Shown here: piece by piece, positions 39,122 to 53,187 of the stretch
How positions within the stretch are numbered: position 1 is the first letter of the stretch
Layout: each line of letters starts with the position of its first letter
Assembly: GCA_035084275.1 (NCBI GenBank)
Contig: CM068742.1
Coordinates: 129,332,001 to 129,396,000 of the forward strand
DNA length: 64,000 nucleotides
Direction: 5' to 3'
Origin: Hydrolagus colliei
Taxonomy: Eukaryota
The notes under the pieces: model-generated
The model's database searches: none
What the model was told of the DNA's origin: nothing
The model's input: only the letters and a program-made list of their open reading frames with translations
Translations under genes and position numbers: made by a program

Positions 39122-39300
39122 AATAATAATAATCCTTGCATTTGATATAGCGCTTTTCACATCTTATCGACGTCTCAAAGCGCTTCACAGAATTTTACTG
39201 TAAAGTGAATTGACTGTATTTTTGCAGGCGAAATTCGGCAACCAATTGTGCACAGCAGTGTCCCACAAACAGTCGTGGATTAAAATAACCAATAATGATA
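39122..39300 (-). mobile_element. SINE 3' half
   Basis: Intact terminal hairpin at 39149-39184. Confidence 0.88.
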
Positions 39301-40799
39301 ATAATAATAATTTTGATATGCAAACCAACTATGCAAATAATTCTTGCATGTGTTTTGTCAACAAGGATACAGAATGGTTGGGAAGTCTTCAGAACTCTTA
39401 GGTACTACTAAGGCATAATAGTAACTGCATTACTCTCTAGAACGAAGTCCACTACTCTGGACACCAGTATGTTTTTTTCAGACAATTGTCACATGCTGGT
39501 CAGGTCACAGACATTTGACGGTGAGGAGAGTCTCCTGTTAAATATAATGAGCGCCCTCTGATTCGAGCACTGAGACACTATCCTGGGAGCAGCAGTAAGT
39601 AAGTACAAGTTGTTGTTGCTCCTGGCTTCCAGAACCCACATATTGTTATGCCCTTCCACTATGTTGTAAATGTTGGCAAAGAGTTTACCCTGCACCACCA
39701 TCAAATTACAGTACTTATACTGGAATATTTTGAAAGCTTTCTCCTTTGTAATTATCCTTGCATTTTTGACATTTGATGTAACACCTTATCACATCTTTGA
39801 GACGCCTCAAAGCGATGCGCAGAATATTCTGTAAAGTGAATTGACTGTATATTTTGAGAGCGAAACAACGCAATAACTGTAACTAACTTCTCGTTTCTAG
39901 TTGGGGAAAAAAAAGAGTACCTACAACGCAGTTGGCTAAACCATCAGTGTTTTTCGTTGGCCTTCAGTTCCATGAACGAGGTTTAGAAATCAGCCTGTGA
40001 GAACAGTTTTCCCTTTTGTGGCAGTTGGAGACACATGTGAATTGACCTCTGGTACATACAATCTACCCCTAGCAACTGGAATTCATAGTATTCTGGAAAT
40101 AAAATGAATTTAGACACCCAGTTTCACACTCACCAGGGGAGTAATAGGAATTGGATGCAGAGAATGGAGAAATATTACCTCGAGCAGCTGAGGGAAGACA
40201 GAGGAGATTGGTGTGACATTTTTCAACTATTTTTTATACAGAGCAGAACTTGATATAATGTATAATTCTTGAATTAAACATCACCAAAGTACTGTATTTA
40301 AAAGTTTTATTGAGGCTATTTGCATGACATTGTTAAAACAGCAACATATTGGAATTTGACATATACATCAAACAGATATGTCAATGTCTGTCAACATATT
40401 ACAAATTTAAAAATCTAGAGGGAGGGGGGTGAACAATTTGCTAATATTGTTTGACAGAAATAAAATAAGTCTGGTTTACCCACTGACTGTAAAGCCTGTC
40501 AAACTATATTAAATCTGCACAATGTCTGTTCCACATAGCACGGGGTGATGTGATCTCTCTTCCTGTTCTAAAATTCCACTGTGCATATAATTTATTTTTA
40601 AAGATTATAGTTGGTTTAATGGTGGTATCTCTAAACAGGTCTCACCTAAATCATCCCAACTTAAAAATGTTACACAAATAATGCTACCAATATTGAAAAG
40701 AGATTCCAAAAGTAAACAACAACAAAAAGATTACATTTATGTAGTGCCTTTCACTAGCCAAAGCATTGGATAGTTAAGGCTTTGCACTCAAACTGGGTA

Positions 40800-41120
40800 T
40801 TGGAATCAAGAGAGATGGAGGGTAGGGGGGTGGAAGTGTGGCCAAAACCATGATCAAAGAGGAAATTCTTGAGATGGGCCTTGGGATGTCCTCCCGACGT
40901 GAAAAGCGCTCAACAAATGTAATTTTGTTGTTGTTGTTAAGGGAAGAGGTCGAGGGATTCCAATGGAATTCCGGATGGAGTTCAAATGGGTGAGGGCAAC
41001 AAAACTGAAAGCATGACTGCCAATGCTGGGACAGGCAGGGCTGCGGACAAGAAGCAGGCCAGTGTCTGACGAGCAGTGGGAGGGGACAGGCTGGCATGGT
41101 GTTAATAGATCACAGAGGTA
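40800..41120 (-). mobile_element. Old L2 3' fragment interrupted by a plus-strand L2 tail (about 40878-40938)
   Basis: Host ggccttg|aagg is split by a hairpin and (TTG)n. Confidence 0.75.
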
Positions 41121-43116
41121 AAACAAATTGGAGTGGGACTGGGAGGCAGAGTGGATTTACAGTCCCACCCTTTATCTCTGATTTAAATCCACTCCAGACT
41201 GATGGAATATCAGTTTTTCAAGCTGAAAATATTCTATAGGGAATAATAGGATCCTATAAGGGATCCTATTGGGTACTCAATACAACTCTTTGTGGGAATG
41301 GCCTCACAGCATAAAACCAACCCGAATTCAGTATTAATTGACAATCTCTTGCAGACTATGGATAACTAGTGTAAAAAAAAGTAATTCTATTCCAATTGCC
41401 ACTACTCTTTGGGGGAAAGAAAATCTACTCTCTTCCTTAAGGCTTGTTAATTTTGAAACTGTGTCCTCCAGTTCTGCTTACCAGCGAAATCAAATAGCCG
41501 CCTTATGGCACCTGAGCCTCTCAGTCCTGTCTGCCTAGTTTATACTCTACAAATTGGTTGTGAGTCCAGCAATTGCAAAGTGATTCACACTGTATTGTTC
41601 ATGCCAAAACATTAGGTAGTTTTACTAGGACATCTTGTCACACTGCTGCAGTACAAATGCAGGCTGGTTCATGACGATTCAACCTCCACTCAAAATAAAC
41701 TACCTTTCCCTTAAAAACAAGGGACTTTTAAGTCACTGTTTTTAATATTAAAAAAGAGATACATTAGTGAGCTCTGCAGATGCACAGAATTGTTCTTCAC
41801 CGCTGCTGAGAGCAATGTGGGACAGGAAGTATAAATCAGGCCTCCTGCTTTGAACTACTGCACCGCTGGAAGCAAAGTCACATCACATCCAGCAGTATAA
41901 ACACCTGCACCATGTTTGTCCCCATTTTTCTTTTCCGTACCGAAAATAATTGCAGCTCTGCCAGTGACTTCTCAGAACTTGAACCTCTCGGGCATGGAAT
42001 CAACCTTACTGCTCTTTTCTAAACTAATTTAAAAACATACTAATTAATAGCCTTAACCAGAATTGCTTCACAGTATCTGGAAACTTTCAGTGAATGATCA
42101 ATTGATACCAAATCTTTTACTACCTTTCCAAACAACACATCTTCATTACATCCGCATTTCGTGTTCCAATATCCATTAAGTTACAATAAAGTCAGTTTTC
42201 TATTTGTTCCAGAACCTTTTAGCTCAATTTGCTTGATGACAAACCAGTATCTTTCCCCTCCAAATCATTTGTATACTAAAATATATTTTGGTATTCAGAA
42301 AGGTAATTAACAGCTTACCGGGAAGGATGGTAGAGGATACATTTCAGAGGATACATTACAGCTTGATGCTGCAATGGGAACATGGAAAGGATTGCTATTC
42401 TGGAAGTATAAATGGGCTGAAAGAATCTCACTTGCAATCACCCAGCATAGATTTCATGAAACGTGTCCCTGACGCAGAGCATTGTCTCTACTTATCACCT
42501 GATCGTTAAAGTCATGCACCTCTATAGTGGAATTGTGACCTTCACCGGGCATATGTCGAATCTAAAGACATCACAATTATAAAAATAATGACAAAGTGTA
42601 CTATTACAATGAGTGCTCCAAAACCGTCAATTGGAACACGTTTTTACCGTAGGTTGTGAAAGCTAAAGTGCTGCATTAATACTCAGTAGCAATCGAAGGT
42701 CATCGTCAAACGACTCATGAGTTTAAGTCAAGTTGTATAACTACTCTGTTACTAAGCAGCCTTTAATTTCCTGTAAAAGATGGTTTCTGAATGCACCAAG
42801 ACTCCCATGCATGGCAGTAATTAGAAAGCTCACTCCAAGCTGGATGGCAGAGAAAGAAATAAATGGTATGCATAATCATTCCAAATTGATTGATTATACA
42901 GGGAATGTAATACAGTACACTTCTCCATTGCCTGGATTCCACAATAGGCATTCAGATACTTTTTTTTCTGTACAACGTACCACTTTAATTACTCCTCCCC
43001 AATAGTATATGAACACAAAGGTGTTGTTTAGACTTGCTAAAGCCATAAAACTGTGTATTCTTAGAGCTAGGCTCTTTAAAGTAAAACATTCTTATGCTGT
43101 GTACATGGCAGTAGCT

Positions 43117-43419
43117 AATAATAATAATAATCTTTGCATTTGATATAGCGCTTTTCATGTCTTCTAAACGTCTCAAAGTGCTTCACAGAATATACAGTAC
43201 TGTAAAGTGAATTCAGTGTACATTTGTGGGCAAAACTCGACAGCCAATTGCAGACAGCAGTGTCCAAGACAGTCATGGATCGAAATGATCAGTTTATTAT
43301 TATTTTGGGGAGGGATTATTATGAGGCATGTGAAGTAAGGAAATTTACTCAAGGTTTTGCTGGGAATTGAACCTCCCACTTACAAGGCAAGTGCTCTAAC
43401 CACTGAGTTAGAGGACTCC
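43117..43419 (-). mobile_element. tRNA-derived SINE, full length
   Basis: Head, body and tail present. Confidence 0.88.
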
Positions 43420-46400
43420 TATAGGACTGAGCTAATGGACACTGCTTCAGCTAAAAAAAGGTACATTGAGCATTGAATGGAACCAGCAATTACACTGACT
43501 TTATTCGATTATACTCTTCTAAATGCATTAGCAGCAATTCATCATTGGAAGAAAAACTTGCAGATCCCAAATGGTACATCTGTTTTAAAGACCAGGTGTT
43601 GTAATATAGGAAAGAAATTCAGTAAAGTATAATTATTGCAGAAATTGCAGAACATAATGGTTTCATTTCAGTTGAAGTGCTGGAGGAAAAAGAAATAAAA
43701 GAAAGAGTCAAAGAAAAATAAGCGCATCAAACATTATAATAAAAGTGCTGTAAATCACTTGCTTTGATTTGAAATACACTTATAGCACCATCACTTTCTG
43801 AGACTACATTTGTTTTGACAAAAACAAAGAAATGTAACCTCTTCCCAATAGTACTACATCAAGCGTACACTGAGCAAGCCAAGCATAAAAATATTACATG
43901 AACACAATGGGTGAGGTGATTGGATCTTTCCCACTGCAATGGAAGAATGCATTCTTACCTCAGTACATTTCCTATACAAACTGTTAAACTTGCAGTGTGC
44001 ATCTTGATCCCAACTGCAGAACATTTACAGTTCTTACAACCATCAGCACTAAAAAAATCCTGACTCATTACCCTTAACAGATGGATACTATAGTATGCTA
44101 CTCCAGCTGAAAGAATCAATATCAGGACTATATTCCGAATCAAAATACAGTGAATAATTCTTGTAACTTACTTTAACTTATGACTAAGTTCAAATCACCA
44201 ATCACTTCCATTTCAAATGTCCAGTTTTATTTGCAGAGAAATTAAAGGGATTATTCTGCATGAAATCAAGACACTATCAATCTATTTTAAAAAATGTTAT
44301 TTTAGGCTTACAAGGATTAGACGACGCATTTAGGAGGAGGCTGTGAGCACTTGCACCTGGTTAATGTGACAAGAAAATGATCGAGTGTATGAAAATTTAG
44401 TGATAAAATTAGAGAACAGGCAATACAAAGTGGCATTAAAAGATTAAAAAGTTGATGGAAATCAGAAGTAGAGACAGGGGACTTAAAAGTGATATCCCCT
44501 TTATATTCTTAGTCAGATTAGTAAGACTAGAAGTACATTTTAAGTGTGAATCTTTATCCTCTTTGTTATATAAAAAAATCAAACATTCTAGAAATTCTAC
44601 ATGTATTTACAGCCGATTTTCAAGACATTTTACAGAATTCAGATTGGAGACCAGAGCAACTATCAGAAAGGTACAATTCTCATTTATTCATTGTTTTTCT
44701 AAATCACATTTTATTGCAGGAGCATAACCAAATTATACACAATGTAAGAGTTCCTTTCAATGATATTGCCAACAGGATTTTGCAGGGGAAGGAAGTTTGA
44801 GTGTGATCCACTTCTTGTGTATTCTCACAGAACATTACATCTGCTACACTGTGATAGCGTATGTAATGTGATGAAGTCACCACTAATGAATATTTTGTTC
44901 CTCCCGGAGTCACATTGCTGTGAATGGACCCTCTCTCCACGTGAAGTTTCTATAATGGGGCAACCAAACCATGGACTGAAACCATGCATACCTAAAGCTA
45001 ACCATTAGATTTTGAGCAGAGGAATGGAAGGAATGAGAATAATAAAGTCCTGCTTACCATTCATGCAGAGAAAATGAAGCTCTGAGAATCATCTCATCAC
45101 TCCTTTCAAGTAAGAAAGCACTAATGACAAACACCACATTGAAAGCTTTGCCACTTTGTCACTTTTAAAGTTTAAAATTGACATATTTTGATGTTTAGTT
45201 TTGTCTACAGTCCCCCAAATTAAAAACATATCAACTCTATGATTCGATGAGGGCTAGGGGGAATCAACTGTGAACTGTACTGGTCCAAAGTAGAGTACTG
45301 TATGTCATAGATGCTGCAACTAATTCAAGCCATTGCTTAATTTTTAATCCTTCACAAAAAAAAGTTATCTTGTCAACGTCTTATACCAATGTCACAAACT
45401 AATCTCAAAATGTCATGAAGCAACGTAAATAACATGCCATGACAGCTGAGGCTCAGTGGAAGGCTCAGTGGAAAAAGTAGGTTATAATCCTGTAAATGTC
45501 CGATACAAAGATCTGAAATGACTTAGTTCAAAGAATTGCAAAGCAAAAAATCTTTTTTTTAAATGTTACTGATCAAAACATGATTTGTGCCCTTGGTAAA
45601 ACCTCTAAATTGTGCTTTTCGCTTGCAAAAAAATGTTAATCTGCATGTTGAAAATAAAGCAGTGTTTTTGTTTGCTGGCATTTGAGATGACAATTTATTT
45701 TTTGGAACATCACCAAAGGCAATAAGATCAAGAAAAACAATAAATCTCCTGTAATGTTCTTTCAAGCAGTACAAGAAAAATATTTATCCCTGTATTGGGT
45801 TACCTGTCAATAAATATACGGAATTATATTGCACAGGCCTTTAACAATCAGGCTAATGTTTCCTTTGAAAATGGTTCACTATTAAGTCGACCTTCTGATC
45901 TAAACTCCACTCAAATGTATGCTGCATGTCAAAGTGTGGCAACAAGCCAACACCACATGAAAAGTTACAAATGCAACTTAATGTCTCCCCCAAATTCTTT
46001 TGATATTGGTTCTTGTTTTCTTTTTCTTACAACCAAAATTAATAATCTTGAATCTCCCTCAACCATTTTCTTGCCAAAAATAGCATTTTCCCAGCTGTGA
46101 TTGGGGTTTCGAGTTTTATTTTTCCCTCCCAGTGCGTTCATTAGATCAATTAACAGCAATGTGATCAAGCAGCAGCATTGCTTGAGAGGGCATTATAGTA
46201 ATTGTCAGTTCTGATGAGAGCCTCCGGGTTGATAAAGACCATAACGACCAAACAAAATGATGATATCACTATTATCAACCTACGTGGCCTTTTTTTAAGA
46301 ATCTACAATGCTCAGACTATAGTTTTCTTTGCTCTCATGGTGCAAATTCAAATATCTTTCCTAAAAAATTGATCCTTGATGCATTTCAAAACTGTTTTTA

Positions 46401-46924
46401 CTATGAAAATTGGACCCAATTTACATATACAAATTTACAGTTCATCATCCACAATTTGGTGCAATACCCCTTGTTGTTTTCTTCAACAAGAAGATTAAGA
46501 ACATAAACATACAACCCCAGGACCCTTAAGGTATCACAAGCAATTAAAACCCATATGAATGAACTGAAAGGCTCACCAATAACATTATATAATGGAGTGC
46601 TGTCATTGTGCTTGTCTACTGTTCCACACTGGGATGAGATCCAAGAAGTGTGGTGGTATCAAGATGTCAACACAAATTTAGTTGAAGAATATGTGCAACG
46701 TAACCAGGCAAGTGAGTTACTCAAGATTCTGACTGGCATTACCGGTACAGAGATCTGATACAAGTATATACAGGGGTAAAGAGAGAAATACTGTACACAT
46801 AAATACACTGAGAAACAGAGACTGGTGGATAAGGTCAGACACAGATGCTTTACAACTCAACAGTGAGTTGCAAAGCATCAAATAAATGGGAGTCCTGTAG
46901 TGAACTTAAACAGAGACTTAGTGT

Positions 46925-47240
46925 GGAGTCCTGTAGCTCAGTGGTTAGAGCACTCACCTTACAAGCGAGAGACGTGGGTTAGATACAAGGCTCGGCGAGA
47001 CCTTGGGCAGGTTTTCTTACTCCACATGCTTGATAATAATGCCTCCAAAAAAAAGCAATAATAATTTAGTCATTTCAATCCACGACTGTTTGTGGGACAC
47101 TGCGGTGTGCAATTGACTGCTGTGTTTCACCCACAAATATACAGTCAATTCACTTTACAGTATATTCTGTGAAGTGCTTTGAGACCTCGATAAGATGTGA
47201 AAAGCGTTATATCAAATGCAAGGATTATTATTATTATTAT
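46925..47240 (+). mobile_element. tRNA-derived SINE, full length
   Basis: ggagtcctgtagctcagtggttagagcac...aatgcaaggattattatt. Confidence 0.92.
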
Positions 47241-48171
47241 CCTTGCCCGAATCCATTGACTCCCCATCATCCAGAGGATACAATTCAAGATTCTAGTCCT
47301 CACATTTAAAGCTCTCCACAGCCTCTCCCCACCCTACATCCATGACCTTCTACCCCCTACCAACCTGCCCACCCCCTTCGCTCAGCAGGCTCTGGCCTGC
47401 TCTACGTCCCCCGACTTACCCACCCCACCTTGAGCCACTCTGCCCCTAACCTTGAGAACACGATGCCGCAGTCTCTCCACCTCGCTCCCTCCCTGGCCTC
47501 CTTCAAGTCCCGCCTCATGACTCTCCTCTTCGATGGTCCCATCGGCTACTCCTAATCACCTCCTTACCTCCCCCCACCCCTGTCCCCAGCTCGGGTCTGA
47601 AGCAAACTATCTAGTGCCTTGGGACATCCTCCTGGGTACAAAGAAGATTTACTTGGATGGTGCCAGGTTGAGGGACTTCAGCTATGAGGAGAGGCTAGAT
47701 AGGCTAGGGTTATTCTCTCTGGAACAGAGAAGATTGAGGGGAGACCTAATAGAGGTTTATAAGATCATGAGGGGTTTCGACAGGGCAAATAGAGAAAAAC
47801 TATTTCCACTCGTGGGCGAATCTGTGACTCGTGGTCACAGATATAAAATAGTTTCAAAGCGAAGTAGAGGGGAGCTGAGGAGAAATGTTTTCACTCAGCG
47901 AGTTGTTAGAATCTGGAATGCACTGCCTGAAAAGGTGGTGGAGGCTGATTCGATAACAACTTTTAAAAGGGAATTAGATCTTTATTTAGGGAGAACAGGT
48001 CTATTAGGCTATGGGGAGCGGGCAGTGGGATTGAATCGCTCTTTTCAAAGAGCCGGCACAGACTAGATGGGCCAAATGGCCTCCTTTTGTGCCGTAAAAT
48101 TCTATGAATCTATGATGTGAAAGGCGCTATACAAGTGTAATTTTGTTGTTGTTGTTGTTGTTGTCGTTGTT
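47241..48171 (+). mobile_element. L2 3' fragment split by a CR1 insertion
   Basis: L2 47241-47634 resumes at about 48115 (atgtgaaaggcgct...ttgttg). Confidence 0.88.
47635..48114 (+). mobile_element. Young CR1 LINE 3' fragment
   Basis: SYEERLDRLGLFSLEQRRLRGDLIEVYKIM...TRGH...FTQRVVRIWNALP; attctatg tail. Confidence 0.95.
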
Positions 48172-49235
48172 GAGTATTGAGTTTGTTTTTCAAAATGTTC
48201 TGGACTCCGGAAGGTCAGTTCTGATGGGGTTGGTTTGCTCTGCATTCGTGCAAGTATGATGGGACCCTGCAGGCAAGCATCAGTAAGGAATTCATGAAAT
48301 GTCTGTCCTCATGATTGTCTCTTAACTGTGTCCTGCTGTCTACCTGGGGGCCAAAGTGGCTGTATCTGCAGTTAAATGTGATGCAACTGAAGTTCAACAT
48401 GAATTGTAGGAAGGTTGATGCATACCACAAAATCCTTCCCTTCATCCTGGCCCCTCTTTTCCCATTTTCAGGTCGTGCCTGAAGACCTTTCTCTTCAATC
48501 GCGCTTACTGTCACCTTCCCCTTCCGCCTGGCTACGCCTCGGGCTGCTTCTGAGATGCTGCCCGGCGTGGAAGGTGCTATATAAATGCAGGTTAATGTTG
48601 TTATTTTGATGTTTAACATTATGAAGACTTGATTGCTAAATAGTGAAAACTTGACCAGAGCTATTTCATAATCTTTCTTCCCTTCTAACACTATACGGTA
48701 GCAAGAAAATTTAGCTTTAGGCTGCACGAGAAAACAATACAGTAAATTGGACAGATGAATTTGAAAGAACTTTTCGTACCCTTCATGCTGGCAATGGGCA
48801 AAAACAGGACCCTTGGGTAATCAGTTCCATAACATCTGATAATATTAAGCAGATGGTGTTATGTTTGCAAGAAAATTTCTACCATTCATTCTATTATTTT
48901 TAAATAACAGGTATAAACTCAAAATACATTTTGTATAATCAGATTTTAATATATTCCCTGCTGATTATAAGGAAGTAAAATATACCCAATAGGGATGACA
49001 AAACTGAAATCTCATCAAAGCGTTCAGACATCATCATAAATACAATTGTGAAACCCAGGTCTTTTCATCAGCTGTGCTTCGAGACATTACTTCAGAATAA
49101 ATTGTTTTAGATTCTGTAGAGTTTCTGAAAGTGTTTATATTCAAATTGGTTTCTTGTTTTTTTTTGCCATCTGAGGTTGTCTGTTTGAAATCAGAGACCA
49201 TTCTGGTCAGTGTTACCGAGTTGTGACCATCTCCT

Positions 49236-49597
49236 CAAGCTTAGTGGTTGGAGCACTCGCCTCGCAAGCTGGGTTCGATTACTGGGCAGGGCAAAACAAT
49301 AGGCAAATTTCCTTACTCCATATGCCACTCTTGACCTAGCAGTCAGTAAGTAAGTAGGATCCTGATTGTTAGTCAATTGGTGGATCGCTTTTTCAAGGGT
49401 TAATAATCCCTTCAAAAATTTATAATAATCCACACTTAATCCACAATTATTTGTGGGGCATTGCTGCAATTGACCGCTATGTGTCTCCTGCAAAATTAAC
49501 GGTCAATTCACTTCACAGTATATTCTGTGAAACGCTTCGAGACGGCTCGAAGACGTGATAAGGCGTTATATCAAATACAAGGATTATTGTATTATTA
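49236..49597 (+). mobile_element. tRNA-derived SINE
   Basis: Head, body and tail present. Confidence 0.85.
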
Positions 49598-52500
49598 CGA
49601 TAGTGCGCATTTATGAGTGATGATCAACATTTGATAGCCAAGATACAGTAAATCCATAATGTGCTGCAAGCCAATTGTATAAGGCACAAGTGGAAATGTG
49701 GTAGCGACAAACTTCAGTTAAGTATGAACAAAAATCAGCTTTGGGTTTAAATATTTTAAAAGTGAGTGATGGTCATACTACTTTTTTACATGTTTATTAA
49801 TGGAATCATCCTTCCCAGTCACAACTGAAACAGTTCTGCTCACTCCTAATCCCAGAGGCCTCACTGTGCCACTGATTTGCAGCATGATCAAAGTGCATGT
49901 AAAGGTTGATCAATGGTGGCAGCAATGAAGTTGCTGGGGATGACTTGCGTTTGTTCCTCTGATGTGCACTACAAAAGGAAAACTATTGCTGGAAATTCCA
50001 CCACTAAGTGAAGACAGGATCTGTTATACTCATTGATCAGAATTTGATTTAGATTCTGGAAAATAACTGAAAAACCAATTAGCCAGTACAAACCTGTAAC
50101 AAGACATCCCTTATAAGGCTTAGGCTAACATTTCCTGAAAAATGGCAACCGCTGTCACTTGCTCTTAGTTGTGTATGTGCACCCACTTCCTGCATTAAAA
50201 AATGTCCAACTTCCAGGTAGACAAATTCCGAATGTATGGTACCTAGCAAATGATATAAGCAGTAACTTGATGGTAAGCCCTTTTATAACATAGAACTGAT
50301 GCACTGTGACTATTTTACAAAAATATGGTTGCAAATTGCACTTCCTTGCAGGGCACAGGATGTCATATAGTGGCCCCCATTGCTGCTCCAGTGTGGGTAG
50401 ATACCAGTGTGGGATAATAAAAATGGCCATTATCCTGGGGGTTTTCTGCATAAGTCAAATCTGTCTGATATCACATTCTGGAGGAGCCACAACCTTCTGC
50501 AGGTGGCATTACTTGCCTTCAGCTCATTAACTCTCAAAATAAATCACGACTCAATACCTCAACACTACTTAAACATTTTGAGGTAGAATTTGCAAATTGC
50601 TTAATCTCAAAAGGTGCTTGAAGGTTCAAATAAAAACCTGGTTTAACTTTACTCACTAATATTCCAATTATCCTCTGAAGAAGGGCATTCTTCAGGATTC
50701 CTTGGTTGACATCGGAAACTTGGCATATGGTGAATTGCAGATATGAACCCATGTCCTATGGGAGCATCAGTCTACCAAAACTGTGCTGCAGAACACCACA
50801 TACCTTCTTATAAGATTTCTTATTATTGAGGTGAATACTTTTGGAAGAGGGAAATGTTAGACTTTGGCAGGCATCAGGATTTTTTGCTTTTAAACACAGG
50901 AGAGCATGAGAGGAAATCATTTTTTCAAGCTTAATGAAAAATACATTACCAAAAGGACATATAATATCTCCCGGAACACAAACAGATTCCTCTGCTAAAA
51001 AGTTACGATTCTCAACTAAAACAAATATACAGTCAATTCACTTTACAGTATATTCCGTGAAGCCTCTTTGAGACATCTAGAAGATGTGAAAAGCGCTATA
51101 TCAAAAGGCAAGGATTATTATTATTATAAAATGTTCTCACTCATTTTTTTTAGAATCACCAGCATAATGATATGAATAAATTATATTTTGCTCATGGTTT
51201 CCCACACAAGGCTGATTCAAACCTGACATTTTTGCATTATAATTGTCAGTATATTGCTCTGAATAAAAACTGTACAATGTTGCATTCTACCAATTCCACT
51301 TATATAGTTATTTATATAGAGCTGATACTTAGGAGATCAGGCAAAGAGCTTCAGAAATGAAACTGGTGGGAGTGAGAAACCAAGATGAATCAGAAGATGG
51401 AGGGAAGAATGTCATCAAGTGTGCAGTCAAATATGTTTTTAAAAAGGTTTTTTTTTAAAGCAGATTGATTAAAGTTAGAGGATTTCTTTAGTGTTCCAGA
51501 GAGAGGGAAAGTCAGTAAATTCTCATTCAGCAATAGTGACATAGAGGGAGCAGAGGATATGAAACAAGCCAGCATTGGCAGAGCAGATGGAATAGGATCA
51601 CAGAAGATTACAAAGGTCTGGTTGGTGCATTTCTTTGTTGAAAGCTTAACCACTTTATGGAAACTATAAATTTGTCGAGACTACAAATTTGCATTTGTAG
51701 TCTCAAGCAGTGTGATTGGATTCCACACATCAGATACAAGGCTGATCAAAATAAACATGAGAACAGAACAATGAATTAATAATCTGGTAAATTCAACAGA
51801 AAAACTCAGAAAACTATTGGCATGTATTTACGTCAAGATAGTACCCTCCCTAGTGTGTTTGTCTGGCATGTATCCACAAATGCAGCTTGAGCCAACTGCA
51901 AATCCTGAATTTCCATTCGTTATCGGAGATGGGGATTGACTGAGCCACTTCTATGGCTCAACCCTGTCAATCTTCAGGCTTTTAATTGGCAGCCTGGTAC
52001 AGAGCCAAGAACCAATAGAACTGACTTCTAAAATAAATTACTCAAATTAATAGCCCAAGCTAAAAGAAAGAACAAAGGGGAGTATGGAATACAGAAATAA
52101 CTTGTATTTTTTATTGCCACTGAAATGCCATAACACGCTTTGTAGGTAATTACTTTGACCTTCATATATAGTCATTCAGAAAAAAGCACATGTGAAACGT
52201 GAATTAATTGAATCATTTTCTTTCCCCCAAGAATGCTTTAGACGGACTTGTAATAGCAACAGAAAACACCTCATTCTGTAAGTAGTATTAGACCTACCGA
52301 AAACCAGTAAAATGAAGAGATGTGGGACTGAGCTGATTTTCAAAATACTCTTTACTTAAAAAAAAGTAGAAATAGTATTCCCAACTCCACTACACCGAAC
52401 TGAAAAACGAATTTATCAAAACTAAAGGAAGTGCGTTGCACTCAGCATGAAACACATTTGTGTTATTCATAAATTTCACATGTGACAAGTACAGGTTATT

Positions 52501-53187
52501 AATAATGCATAACTATATCAACACTCAATGTGTGGAATTAACACAAATAATTCAGAAAATTACACAAATGAAGTCAACTGTGTTTTAGAATTATGTCAAT
52601 ACTGTTTTTCCATATCAACGGACTGCTGTTTTCAGGGTCAGTGTCATTGCACAACAGACATTCTCATCAGAATTTACAGTCATCCTTCCAATTACTGGAC
52701 TACAGCTCTTTTCATGCTGCATTTTTCCCTACACGATTGATGAATGAGTTAGGTGGAATATAATTGGGAATTTTCAAGATTTGCAGATAGCTGCACCATA
52801 AAGTGAAATCATGTATATTAGTTAATAAACTCCACATACAGTAACTCAACACAATACCCAACACAGTAACATGACAGCCAGCTCACAAGATTCCTACTCC
52901 TCGGCTTTGGAAGTATAATGCAATCACGGGTTTCCGCAAGTCAGTCATGACCTTCTGCCAACTATCAAGATACCAGATTTGCAATTTTAAGTCATTATTA
53001 GAGTCCCACTGCTTTCTTGATCATTTGTTGTATGGGAATAGTGATAGATTATAGATTACTACTTTTTTTTCAATACATATTACTGTAGTTGTTCGTCAAA
53101 AGCAAACATCTTAAGAACTATTGCAAAATAAGTACAAATTCCAGGAAGAATGTAACTACTAACTTTGTATTCTAATGTAGCTCGTGT

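Noticed and set aside
46925-46996. tRNA genes at SINE heads
   Set aside because: A and B boxes are present, but there is no complete cloverleaf and they continue into the SINE body.
47533-48066. 177-aa ORF
   Set aside because: Chance fusion of L2 3' UTR with the CR1 ORF2 C-terminus.
50690-50752. Minus-strand WVHIC... as the missing upstream KDM4C exon
   Set aside because: No acceptor in the right place, similarity ends after about four residues, and a stop follows.
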